Positions 55,969 through 64,000 of a stretch of DNA of 64,000 bases are shown here, piece after piece. The stretch is from contig OZ252100.1 in NCBI GenBank assembly GCA_965248435.1, positions 3,136,001-3,200,000 on the forward strand. Reading direction: 5' to 3'. The stretch's first letter is position 1; the number at the start of each line of letters is the position of its first letter. The DNA is from Candidatus Latescibacterota bacterium. GTDB taxonomy: Bacteria > Latescibacterota > UBA2968 > GCA-2709665. The notes under the pieces are model-generated. The model was not told where the DNA came from and ran no database searches. It saw only the letters and a program-made list of their open reading frames with translations. The translations under genes and the position numbers were made by a program.

Positions 55969-55983
55969 TTCCTTACCGGCAGT

Positions 55984-58044
55984 TTACCAGGTGACTCGAA
56001 ACTGTGTGAGCGCCGCTGCGCTTTCGCCTTTTAATAGGTCTTCGACGACGACGCGGAAGTTCCTGGGTCCCGGAGAGGTATCCTCCATATCCAGGGTCAA
56101 TCGATGTGTCTCCCAATCCCTGGACCCGCGATAAGTGGCCGAAACGGCTGTCAACCATTCTGGATCCGTCTGCGCCTGGACCTCGGGAAGGACCTGAACT
56201 TCGTATGTGAGTCGATAGTGCGTGCCGCCGAAGGCATCACGCGGCAGGTTGTATACCTCGAAGTAGAACGAAGCGCTGCTCTTCCGGGAGCACCGCTTCA
56301 GCGGGTTAGACAGGATTGCGAACTGGTCCCGACCATAGTTCCCTTCATCCCGTTCTTTGATTCTCAGGGCCATCAGCAGGCTGCTCACCTGCAGTGAATC
56401 GTATCCGAATTCATTCACCCTCAAGGTGTCTCTGAAGGTCCCCACGTTCCGAGTTTTCTGATCCTCCAGCTCACCCGCGAGGTAGTAGCTTCCGGGATCG
56501 AGCTCGAGCCGCTGGCTTGCCAACAGGAAATCCTGCTTCGTGGATTCATAGGTCACCAAGGGCAATCGACCGACACGATGGGTGTCATACACCAGGGAAT
56601 CCCATTCCGCGTCGAAGAGGAACAGGCCGTGCCGCAGGTCTACCTCACTGATCCCCGGAGCGAGTTGGCTGTTGGCGACTCGCTCGCTTTCGAGGGCGGA
56701 GTAGATCTCTACTGACGTCTTTCCCTCTTCTCCTCGGAATTGACCGATCTGATATGCGACGTCGTATTGAAACGGGTATTGATAGTGATCCGGAATGCGC
56801 TCTGTCAGCTCGGAAAAGCTTACCCTTCGTGGACCGATCTGCGCGTCGAATGAACTCCAGGAGTCATAGGAATTCATGTTTGTAAAATTGATGTGGAACG
56901 GTCCGTAATGCCAGATTTCCTTTCTCGGCTCAGAGTAGGACAGCGTCATGCTTCGGGTTATCGGATCACCGTAACGGATGTAGGCCTGTCCCCGATCGGT
57001 CTGCCAGCCCTCACGACCGTTAACCGGATCGGTGAACCGAAGGTTCGCGTAGGCAACCCGGCGGCACTGTTCCAGCATCCTCTCGTTCACCCGGGTCAGG
57101 AAGAGCGGGTCTCTCCCCAACCAGAATCTGCCGATGGCGACTTCGTCGGGCAGCGGGTCACCCCGCTCTTCAGCCTTCTTTCCCCTGAGCAAGAAGATCG
57201 ACTGCATGAACTGCCGATCTTCGTCGGACATCTGGCTTAATCCCTGCACATAGGCCCCATAGGCCGGGGCCAACTGTCCCTTCATCTGGTGGCCGAGTCC
57301 CACGAAGAAGTGGGCATCTCTGTTCCCTGGATGCCTCTGGCGATATGTCTCAAACAGGTTGATCAAAGGGTCTGGACGGTCTGAAACGAAGTAGGCCAGA
57401 CCGAGCTGTACGTGTGAAGGCCAGTGATCGGGATCTGCTCGGATGGCTCGGGACAGGAAGTCGATTCCGTCGTCCAGGTCCAGATCCTGGTACTCGGTGT
57501 GGAAACCTGTCCTCCCGGTCACGTAAGCGTCGTCCTCCTCTTCTCGCAGTTGATCTTCTTTGATGACGTCCGTGAAATAAGTCATCTCCCAGGACCAAAC
57601 CACGAAACGGGCCGTCCAGTAAAGACCCCAGACGTGATCCGGATCGATCTGGAGAACGCGGCGTGCCTCGGCGTAAGCCCTTGGACGCCGCAAACTGTAC
57701 CAATTGAGTTCCGCGAACGTGGCGATGTAGTCAGGATTCTCTCGCTCCCGGCCCATCGCCTTCTTCAGCCATTCGATTGCCTGCTGCCTGGACTGGGGTG
57801 TGCGCCTGTCTATGAGCAGCCGCGCTAGGGCGTGCATCGCCTTCCCTGAGCGGTCGTTTGAGATCGCCTTCTTTATCAGGTTCTCGCGGACGCGATCGTC
57901 AAGGGTGCCATCGGCCGCGGAGAGAAGGGAATCGACAGCCGCGGGACCTTTCCTGGCCGTTGCGGGCGTGGTCAGAAGGAGGGTCAAGAGGCCATAGGCC
58001 GCCCATCGGCCAGACGTGATGTGATGCGCGATTTCCGAAGCCAT
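55984..58044 (-). CDS. GWxTD domain-containing protein with TPR repeats, exported
   Basis: Signal peptide, TPR-like helices, FW..RDP..T..NE, RR..YAN..F, GWQTDRG..YIRYG.P, E.W.Y. Confidence 0.9.
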   Translation of the reverse strand: MASEIAHHITSGRWAAYGLLTLLLTTPATARKGPAAVDSLLSAADGTLDDRVRENLIKKAISNDRSGKAMHALARLLIDRRTPQSRQQAIEWLKKAMGRERENPDYIATFAELNWYSLRRPRAYAEARRVLQIDPDHVWGLYWTARFVVWSWEMTYFTDVIKEDQLREEEDDAYVTGRTGFHTEYQDLDLDDGIDFLSRAIRADPDHWPSHVQLGLAYFVSDRPDPLINLFETYRQRHPGNRDAHFFVGLGHQMKGQLAPAYGAYVQGLSQMSDEDRQFMQSIFLLRGKKAEERGDPLPDEVAIGRFWLGRDPLFLTRVNERMLEQCRRVAYANLRFTDPVNGREGWQTDRGQAYIRYGDPITRSMTLSYSEPRKEIWHYGPFHINFTNMNSYDSWSSFDAQIGPRRVSFSELTERIPDHYQYPFQYDVAYQIGQFRGEEGKTSVEIYSALESERVANSQLAPGISEVDLRHGLFLFDAEWDSLVYDTHRVGRLPLVTYESTKQDFLLASQRLELDPGSYYLAGELEDQKTRNVGTFRDTLRVNEFGYDSLQVSSLLMALRIKERDEGNYGRDQFAILSNPLKRCSRKSSASFYFEVYNLPRDAFGGTHYRLTYEVQVLPEVQAQTDPEWLTAVSATYRGSRDWETHRLTLDMEDTSPGPRNFRVVVEDLLKGESAAALTQFRVTW

Positions 58045-58157
58045 GGTTCGCTCCAGGTTCTTGCACAAGATTGTAATCCGGTTGAAGGTCCTGTAGCCTG
58101 GAGACGTTTGGCGGCGGGTTTTCGTTGCTCAAGAATCGCCCGGCAGGCAAAGCGGCA

Positions 58158-58799
58158 TCAGAACTCTGCCCAGTCGTCGGGCAGGGTCGGAATAAGCCAA
58201 TCTGCATCGGGACGCCAGTCAGGCCATGGTTCACAGAAGGGAGGGTCCCGCCGTTCGATTCGTTCGATGACGCGCTCGCCTTCAGCGCGGAGTGCAGCGC
58301 CCTCTTCCGAGGTGATCCAGCCGAGTTCCTGGATGGACTCGAAGTGATCCTCGTCTTTCCATCGCCACTGGAGGTCGGGTGTCACGACGATGTCGAGGGA
58401 GCGGTCCCAAGTAACGATCCCGTCTGAGGTTCGGCGGAAGCTGTCCTGTAAATCGATATACCAGCACTTTAACGGCCCGCCTCCCGCTTCCCACATGAGC
58501 GAAACGCCGTGGTTTGAGCCAGGCTCAAGAAGCTTCAGGACGTCGGTCGAGTGCCAGGTATGATCGTAGGGTCCGTCGAAGGTTCCGGAAGCAAAGTCGA
58601 TGTCGGAAAACTTTACCACGGTTCCGGCCCGCAGAAAGAGGATGAGGCGTTCAGGCGCATCCTGCACGACCGTGACGGGGTGCGCGTACCTGACTCGACC
58701 GCGAAACAGGTGGCGAATCAGGATTGGCGATCCGGGCTGCCAGTAATGGTCAGGTGTCTGTCGTGATCCTATACCATCGTCTTTATTCGGGGCTTTCAA
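58158..58799 (-). CDS. DUF402 domain protein
   Basis: PVTVVQD, WYIDLQ, D..LDIVV.PD..W.WKDED. Confidence 0.85.
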   Translation of the reverse strand: MKAPNKDDGIGSRQTPDHYWQPGSPILIRHLFRGRVRYAHPVTVVQDAPERLILFLRAGTVVKFSDIDFASGTFDGPYDHTWHSTDVLKLLEPGSNHGVSLMWEAGGGPLKCWYIDLQDSFRRTSDGIVTWDRSLDIVVTPDLQWRWKDEDHFESIQELGWITSEEGAALRAEGERVIERIERRDPPFCEPWPDWRPDADWLIPTLPDDWAEF

Positions 58800-59181
58800 A
58801 GCAGAGTTCGTAGCCGTCTGGATCGATGATGAATGTCTGGTTCATGTCGTAGAACGCAACGTGCGGTGGAGTTGCCTGGATGCCGCGTGCGGTAATCTCG
58901 CCGTGAACGGCGTTCGCGTTCTCGCACACGAAGTAGAAGGTGACCCCCTCAGCCTGTCCTACCCTGGCTATGTCTTCCTCCTCATCTGCGGCCTGCAGCA
59001 TGAGCGATGCTCCGCCGTGCTGGAGCCGACACCATTTAATCTGTCCGTTCGGGTTCCATTTGCTCGTCATTTCGAATCCGAGACCTTCACAGTAAAACTC
59101 TATGGACTGCGTAATATCGGAGACGAAGAGTAGAGGTACAGTCTCCTGGACTTTCGCTTTTGCTTCCCCTGGGACCGTCAT
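58783..59181 (-). CDS. VOC/bleomycin-resistance family protein
   Basis: PLLFVSDI..SIEFY...LGF, Y.M....DPDGYEL.F. Confidence 0.88.
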   Translation of the reverse strand: MTVPGEAKAKVQETVPLLFVSDITQSIEFYCEGLGFEMTSKWNPNGQIKWCRLQHGGASLMLQAADEEEDIARVGQAEGVTFYFVCENANAVHGEITARGIQATPPHVAFYDMNQTFIIDPDGYELCFESPE

Positions 59182-59347
59182 TCGCTGTCCTCCGGATGAA
59201 TGTGAGGGACGTCGTTAGGGCACTTGCAAATGTCCCTCTGTGGATATACAATATATCTCGCAAACCACAAGAATTGAATTGCAAATTGGCGGACCCACCC
59301 GTAACGCCGGCGGGCACCTAACAGACAGGATTGAAGGAGGTGGCGCT

Positions 59348-60181
59348 TTGGCTATCGTCCACGCCCGCGTGAGCTCGATGTCCCGCGAAGAGATGCGTAA
59401 GGAGGAGCATATACACGGGGGTGCAGGTTCGATCTTCCTGGCGGAGCTCTTCTCGGAGGAGGAATTTCAGACGCCCTGGTTTTTCCTTCATACGGCGATC
59501 CTTCCGCCCGGCGGGGGGATCGGCCACCACCGCCACGACGATTCCGAGGAGATCTTTATCACGATCGACAACGCTTCGCAGTTTACTCACAACGGACGAA
59601 CCGCAGAGGTGGTGGGAGGGGCAGCCGTGCCATTACGCGTCGGGGAGACACACGGGATCTACAACCACACGAATCAGGAGACGCGCTGGTACAACCTGAA
59701 GGTGATCGATCCCGAAGGGCAGCCGCTGTCAACTGATCTTGGAGATGACCGCGTTGGCGCGCCGCTCGAGTCGACGGACCGCCTGCCAGTGGGTCGGTTC
59801 GATCGCAGCCTGCTCGAATACGGTCGCTCGCACGAGGGAAAGGGAGAGATCGGGAGTCGAGGCATCTGGGGCCCCCAGGATTTCCGCACGAATATCTACG
59901 CAGTGAACCACGGTGTGTTGCCGCCGGACAGCTCGATCGGATACCACTGGCACGAAACGATCGAGGAGTGTTACGTGATCATGAACGGCAGCGGACGTAT
60001 GACCGTAGATGACGAGACGTTCGAAGTTTTTTCTAGCGATGTGGTTCTGAATCACCTGGGTAAGCGTCACGGGATCTACAACCACACCGATGAGGACCTG
60101 GAGGTCTTTACGGTTTCGGTCTCTATGAAGAAGGGGGAATACGACTGTACGGAAGTAGGAGAGGATCTGTCTAATCGATAA
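59348..60181 (+). CDS. Bicupin protein
   Basis: Two cupin halves (HGG.G..GIGHHRH..EE..HGIYN and HEGKG..SIGYHWH..EE..HGIYN); TTG start after RBS gaaggagg. Confidence 0.85.
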   Translation: MAIVHARVSSMSREEMRKEEHIHGGAGSIFLAELFSEEEFQTPWFFLHTAILPPGGGIGHHRHDDSEEIFITIDNASQFTHNGRTAEVVGGAAVPLRVGETHGIYNHTNQETRWYNLKVIDPEGQPLSTDLGDDRVGAPLESTDRLPVGRFDRSLLEYGRSHEGKGEIGSRGIWGPQDFRTNIYAVNHGVLPPDSSIGYHWHETIEECYVIMNGSGRMTVDDETFEVFSSDVVLNHLGKRHGIYNHTDEDLEVFTVSVSMKKGEYDCTEVGEDLSNR

Positions 60182-60196
60182 AGGGCTATAGGAAAA

Positions 60197-60224
60197 ATTG
60201 CGGATTGCGGATTTGGGGTTGCGG
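60197..60224. repeat. Tandem ATTGCGG heptamer repeat
   Basis: attgcgg attgcgg atttggg gttgcgg, followed by ggctggatcacg as at 9118. Confidence 0.85.
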
Positions 60225-60390
60225 AAGAAAAGGCTGGATCACGAAAGAACGCAAAATTCCGCGAAAACGACGAAATCATCAGAGTACGCGCGGCGGGCGC
60301 CGCACCTTTGAAGATTGTCCACGCGCGTGGAATCTTACTCTAACAACATTATTAACAATAACATGGTGAAAGTCTCTCCGCCGGGGCGTT

Positions 60391-60819
60391 CTAAGAGGGT
60401 ATGGCGGCGACGGCGGTGACTTCGGCGAGAGCCGCATCCGAGTAGAGCCCGTCGATGAGCAGCAGGGTACTCGGGGGAAAATCCTCGTCCGGGAACAACG
60501 CGTTTATGATCTTCGACCTCTCCTCAAGGAATGGCGGGACGTTTTCTCTTCCGACGATGTATGTCGTTAGCTGTACGACGTTGCCCCAGGATGCACCGGC
60601 GCTATCGAGGAGCCGCCCGATGTTGTCGTAGATTTGCCTGACCTGCGCCTTCATGTCACCCACGCCAACAAAGTTGCCCTCCGGATCGACCGCCACCTGA
60701 CCCGCCAGGAAGATCAGCTCAGCGCATTCCACGCGCGCGAGGTGTGAGTATTCCCCCACAGGCGTATGTACCGAGTCGGGATTCCGCCTTTCTATCTGTG
60801 CCATCGCTTGGTCCTCCAT
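60391..60819 (-). CDS. RidA/YjgF family protein
   Basis: P.G.YSH, IFLAGQV, NI..LL..AGA, PPSTL, EV.AVA. Confidence 0.9.
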   Translation of the reverse strand: MEDQAMAQIERRNPDSVHTPVGEYSHLARVECAELIFLAGQVAVDPEGNFVGVGDMKAQVRQIYDNIGRLLDSAGASWGNVVQLTTYIVGRENVPPFLEERSKIINALFPDEDFPPSTLLLIDGLYSDAALAEVTAVAAIPS

Positions 60820-60837
60820 TCAGAAAAGGTTCAGGCG

Positions 60838-61905
60838 CTAATCGAATACGAGCACTGAACGCGCAACCTTCCCCTGATTCATGTCGTCGAAGGCTTCGTT
60901 GATCTCGTCCAGCGGGCGGTAGCGCGAGATCAGTTCGTCCAGCTTGATCTTACCCTGTTTATACAGGTCCAGTATCCAGAGGAAGTCGATTCGAGGTCGG
61001 GCGCTGCCGTGATAGACTCCCATCAGCGTCCGATCGATCAACAGGTGAACGCCCGGGAATGAGACGTCTTCATCCGAAGGCTGTACTCCGATCATCACCG
61101 TGGTACCGGTCGTTCGAACGGAGTAGAGGGCCTGCCGCAGCAGCGCCGGCCAACCGACGACCTCGAAGGCGTAGTCCGCGCCCCCGCCGGTGATCTGCTT
61201 GATCCGCTCTACGGGGTCCTCTTTGGACGCGTCGACAAAATGCGTGGCGCCCATCTGCTCGGCCAACTCCAGCTTGTACGCCACGTTGTCGACCGCGATG
61301 ATCTTTCCGGCGGAGGCGAGGACGCCACCCTGGATGACGTTCAGCCCGACCCCGCCGCACCCGAAGACGGCCATCGTCGCACCCTGTTCGACCTTCGCGC
61401 GATTGACCACCGCGCCGATCCCGGTGATGACCCCGCAGCTGATCAGACAGGCCTTCTCCAGTTCCGTGTCGTCCGGCACCTTGACGCAGGCGTCTGCCGG
61501 AACGAGGGACTGCTCGGCGTAGGTGGGTCTGGCGTGGTAGACCGGCTCCCCGTCCTTCGTCATGCGTGACTGAGGATCCTTTGGATAGGTCTCGCAGAGG
61601 GCAGGCTTCCCGTTGCTGCAGTTCCGACAGTATCCGCACATGGGGTCGAGCGATAGGATAATCTTGTCGCCGGGGGTGACGCTGGTGACTCCGGGTCCGA
61701 CCTCTCTGATCACGCCGGCTCCTTCGTGACCCATGACCCAGGGCGTCTTCGCCACGGGCTCGTGTCCGTCGATGAGGTGGTAGTCGCTGTGACACACTCC
61801 CGCGCCAACCATGTCCAAAAGCACTTCGCCTTCCTGTAGCGCGTCGAGCTCGAGCTCGTCGATGGACAAGGGCGCGTTGGTTTCGTACATCACTGCTGCT
61901 TTCAT
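60838..61905 (-). CDS. Zn-dependent alcohol dehydrogenase (class III-like)
   Basis: GVCHSD, GHEGAG, CGYCRNC...C, CGV.TG.GA, GCGGVG. Confidence 0.93.
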   Translation of the reverse strand: MKAAVMYETNAPLSIDELELDALQEGEVLLDMVGAGVCHSDYHLIDGHEPVAKTPWVMGHEGAGVIREVGPGVTSVTPGDKIILSLDPMCGYCRNCSNGKPALCETYPKDPQSRMTKDGEPVYHARPTYAEQSLVPADACVKVPDDTELEKACLISCGVITGIGAVVNRAKVEQGATMAVFGCGGVGLNVIQGGVLASAGKIIAVDNVAYKLELAEQMGATHFVDASKEDPVERIKQITGGGADYAFEVVGWPALLRQALYSVRTTGTTVMIGVQPSDEDVSFPGVHLLIDRTLMGVYHGSARPRIDFLWILDLYKQGKIKLDELISRYRPLDEINEAFDDMNQGKVARSVLVFD

Positions 61906-61935
61906 TTGGACCCTCTCTTTCCTGGACCTGCCTCC

Positions 61936-62715
61936 CTACTTTCGAACATCGAATATGACGAAATACGGAACGATACACGCGTCTTCAAGTTCCGGAGCCC
62001 GCGATATCGCTTCGGGGGTAGGCACGGGCTCTTCCATCCGTTCGATCTTGAAGCCTGCGTCTACGATCCAACTGATCCAGTCCGACAAGGGCGCGTGAAT
62101 TCCGGTCGTAGTCCAATCGTATTTGTAACGCGAACTTTTCCATTCGAACTCGATCGGACCGCGATCGAAGTAGCCTGCGATCTCCAAAGCCGTTTTCCTT
62201 CCCGCCTCATCCATCACCCATCTGCGATACGGGGTGTCCGTGCAAGGATGTGTATTGCAGAAAACGAATCGAGCTCCAGGTTTCAATACGCGATGGACTG
62301 CTGCTATTAATGCAGATGGATCGTAGGTGTCCTGAAGGGTGACACAGGCGGTAGCCAGATCGAACGACTCGGGGGGGAAGGACTCGCCGATATTGGCTGC
62401 ATCGAGCACTCGGTAGCTGATGTTTTCGTTCCCGGACAGTGTCTTCGCGATCCTGATCATTTGCGGCGACAGATCGAGGGCCGTCACCTGTGCGCCTCTC
62501 CTGGACATCTCACGTGAGAAATATCCGGCACCACAACCCACGTCGATCACCGCCAACCCGGATACGTTGCCGCAGAGCTCGACCTGCGCTGGGCCGAAGT
62601 ACTCGGTTCGGTAGTAGTCGCTTCCGGAGGTCTGTAATTCAGCGAACGCCTCTGCGGCGTGGTCCCACTGCTTTCTTGCCACGTCGGCGCTGAAATCGGT
62701 CGGCCTCTTTCGCAT
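61936..62715 (-). CDS. Class I SAM-dependent methyltransferase
   Basis: IDVGCGAG, FDL, RVLKPG, HP. Confidence 0.9.
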   Translation of the reverse strand: MRKRPTDFSADVARKQWDHAAEAFAELQTSGSDYYRTEYFGPAQVELCGNVSGLAVIDVGCGAGYFSREMSRRGAQVTALDLSPQMIRIAKTLSGNENISYRVLDAANIGESFPPESFDLATACVTLQDTYDPSALIAAVHRVLKPGARFVFCNTHPCTDTPYRRWVMDEAGRKTALEIAGYFDRGPIEFEWKSSRYKYDWTTTGIHAPLSDWISWIVDAGFKIERMEEPVPTPEAISRAPELEDACIVPYFVIFDVRK

Positions 62716-62731
62716 CAGATGGTCTCTGTTC

Positions 62732-63253
62732 TCAACTCTGTGTCAGACTTTTGGTCATGTAAATTACGAGATCGTCATCCACTCTCACGTGCGTTCTCTC
62801 CTCCACGGGCTCCTCTTTATAGGTTAAGCCGCGTCCATCCGGAATGTAGCCCCTTTTTGCGTACATTCGCTGAGCGGACCCATAGGCTGACGACAATCCT
62901 ACTCCGATTCCACAAGTGGAGTAGCGTTCCGAGATGAGCTCTTCCGCGCGGTCCATCATCTGCGATCCGAAGCCGCGGCGTCGAAAGTCGGGCTTCACGT
63001 TGAAATCCTGAACTTCAGGGATCCCGCGGTCCACGAACGTCGAGTAGGCAGGGCGCCAGTTTATCGTGAGGTAACCTACGATCCGCCCGTCGAATCGTGC
63101 CACCAGAACCGTCCGCTTTCCGCTCGCATGTTCCGATCTGTATCGGAGGTAGACCTCCACGGTCTTCGCCATATCAGTCGACTCAAACGCCACCGATAGG
63201 TCATCGAAGTCGCGGTCGGTGGCGATTCCGATGTGAAGTGCCGTGGACATCAT
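62732..63253 (-). CDS. GNAT family acetyltransferase
   Basis: IPE.QDFNV...RRRGFG, GIGVGL...YG.AQRMY.KRGY.PDG. Confidence 0.88.
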   Translation of the reverse strand: MMSTALHIGIATDRDFDDLSVAFESTDMAKTVEVYLRYRSEHASGKRTVLVARFDGRIVGYLTINWRPAYSTFVDRGIPEVQDFNVKPDFRRRGFGSQMMDRAEELISERYSTCGIGVGLSSAYGSAQRMYAKRGYIPDGRGLTYKEEPVEERTHVRVDDDLVIYMTKSLTQS

Positions 63254-64000
63254 TCCAGGACCTCAGCGATCGCGATCCCGGACTCTCCGGCCACGGTGTA
63301 AAGGAGGTAGGTCCTGCCTTCCTCCTTGAAGATCGCCGGGTCGCGAAGCTCTCTGACCCTTCCGTGCGGGGCGTCTCGCTCCGAGGGCTCCAGCGGAAGA
63401 TCTGCACCCTCATAAGGCGTTTCCGGCACCATCACCGTAACCGGGTCGGTCGCCGTCCACGTCAACCAGTCATCCGTGAGTTCTACAGTCGACAGAAGAA
63501 TCGTCTCCGGGCAGTCGTGCGCATTCGAGAAGTAGGTGCGCAGCGTGTCTTCCTGGAGATCGACCGCTAGGTGCCTGAGGTCTTCTGTGAAGAGGGTCGG
63601 ACCCTGCTCGAAGTTCGTCAGTCCGTCCCGGGATCGGAAGAACATACCATACATTGCCGCGACATAGTAGTAGCCGTTCCAACGGAAGACACGGAAGTAC
63701 GTGCCGCCGTGGTCATCGGTGTCCGTGCCGAATACCTCTTCCGTAGGCTGAAACAGAAGCCCGTCACGCGACAGCGAAACCTTGGATTTCTGACGCCAGA
63801 CATTCAAGAGCAGTGGGTCGCATCCAGGGCCGGGGATGACGCCGTGGTAGTACATTCGAAATTCGTGCTTCTCGTCATCTATGTGGACATCCGGGGACGC
63901 GATGTGGTGTTTGCACCCAGATTGGTCCAGGGCGAGCACACCGGGTTCGTAGAGGGTCCAGGGTCCGCAAAGATCATCCGCATAGGCCAAACGGATGCTG
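63250..64000 (-). CDS. Five-bladed beta-propeller glycosidase-like protein, 5' end outside window
   Basis: LAYAD.L.GPW, HIASPDV, YFRVF, RH, PE, LRDPAIF, Y.VAGE.GI. Confidence 0.7.
   Translation of the reverse strand, partial: SIRLAYADDLCGPWTLYEPGVLALDQSGCKHHIASPDVHIDDEKHEFRMYYHGVIPGPGCDPLLLNVWRQKSKVSLSRDGLLFQPTEEVFGTDTDDHGGTYFRVFRWNGYYYVAAMYGMFFRSRDGLTNFEQGPTLFTEDLRHLAVDLQEDTLRTYFSNAHDCPETILLSTVELTDDWLTWTATDPVTVMVPETPYEGADLPLEPSERDAPHGRVRELRDPAIFKEEGRTYLLYTVAGESGIAIAEVLE

Noticed and set aside
59239-59260. Operator-like palindrome gatata-caa-tatatc between divergent genes
   Set aside because: Short, single copy, no adjacent regulator; cannot be supported.
1-64000. Prophage, integron, IS element, tRNA or rRNA
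   Set aside because: No integrase, transposase, phage structural gene, attC-like series or cloverleaf/rRNA sequence recognised by eye.

Overview
A 64 kb bacterial chromosomal segment (GC-rich, standard code) with about 60 densely packed CDSs. I see no rRNA, tRNA, integrase, transposase, phage structural gene or CRISPR array. Recognisable core genes: pdxH (partial), trmB, egtD, rhaM, nurA, a HAS-barrel gene, herA, cutA, glyA, pyrB and a cold-shock gene. Other content: a betaine-type ABC importer, a LolD/FtsX/AttH-type export module, a minus-strand catabolic cluster (MetE-II-like protein, Zn dehydrogenase, ThDP enzyme, enolase-family dehydratase, SDR, cupin), three BNR/sialidase-fold proteins and many small accessory enzymes. 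GWxTD, dockerin/EF-hand-tagged, BNR and PhyH genes suggest a diderm such as Latescibacterota or a related lineage (inference only). Most notable observations: (1) a signal-peptide UbiB/ABC1 atypical kinase fused to a C-terminal outer-membrane beta-barrel (41429-44194); (2) a TIR protein with four ~37-aa C-terminal repeats translationally coupled to nurA inside a nurA...HAS-barrel-herA locus; (3) an exported peroxiredoxin-like selenoprotein (UxxC, in-frame TGA plus SECIS-like hairpin) that the ORF track splits in two; (4) a plant-like pyrB behind a near-leaderless Arg-rich leader peptide ending in a terminator, back-to-back with a terminator-like glyA leader; (5) a truncated alanine racemase remnant; (6) several REP-like and heptamer repeat families, including a 48-nt tandem array. 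All calls come from reading motifs by eye; no searches were run.
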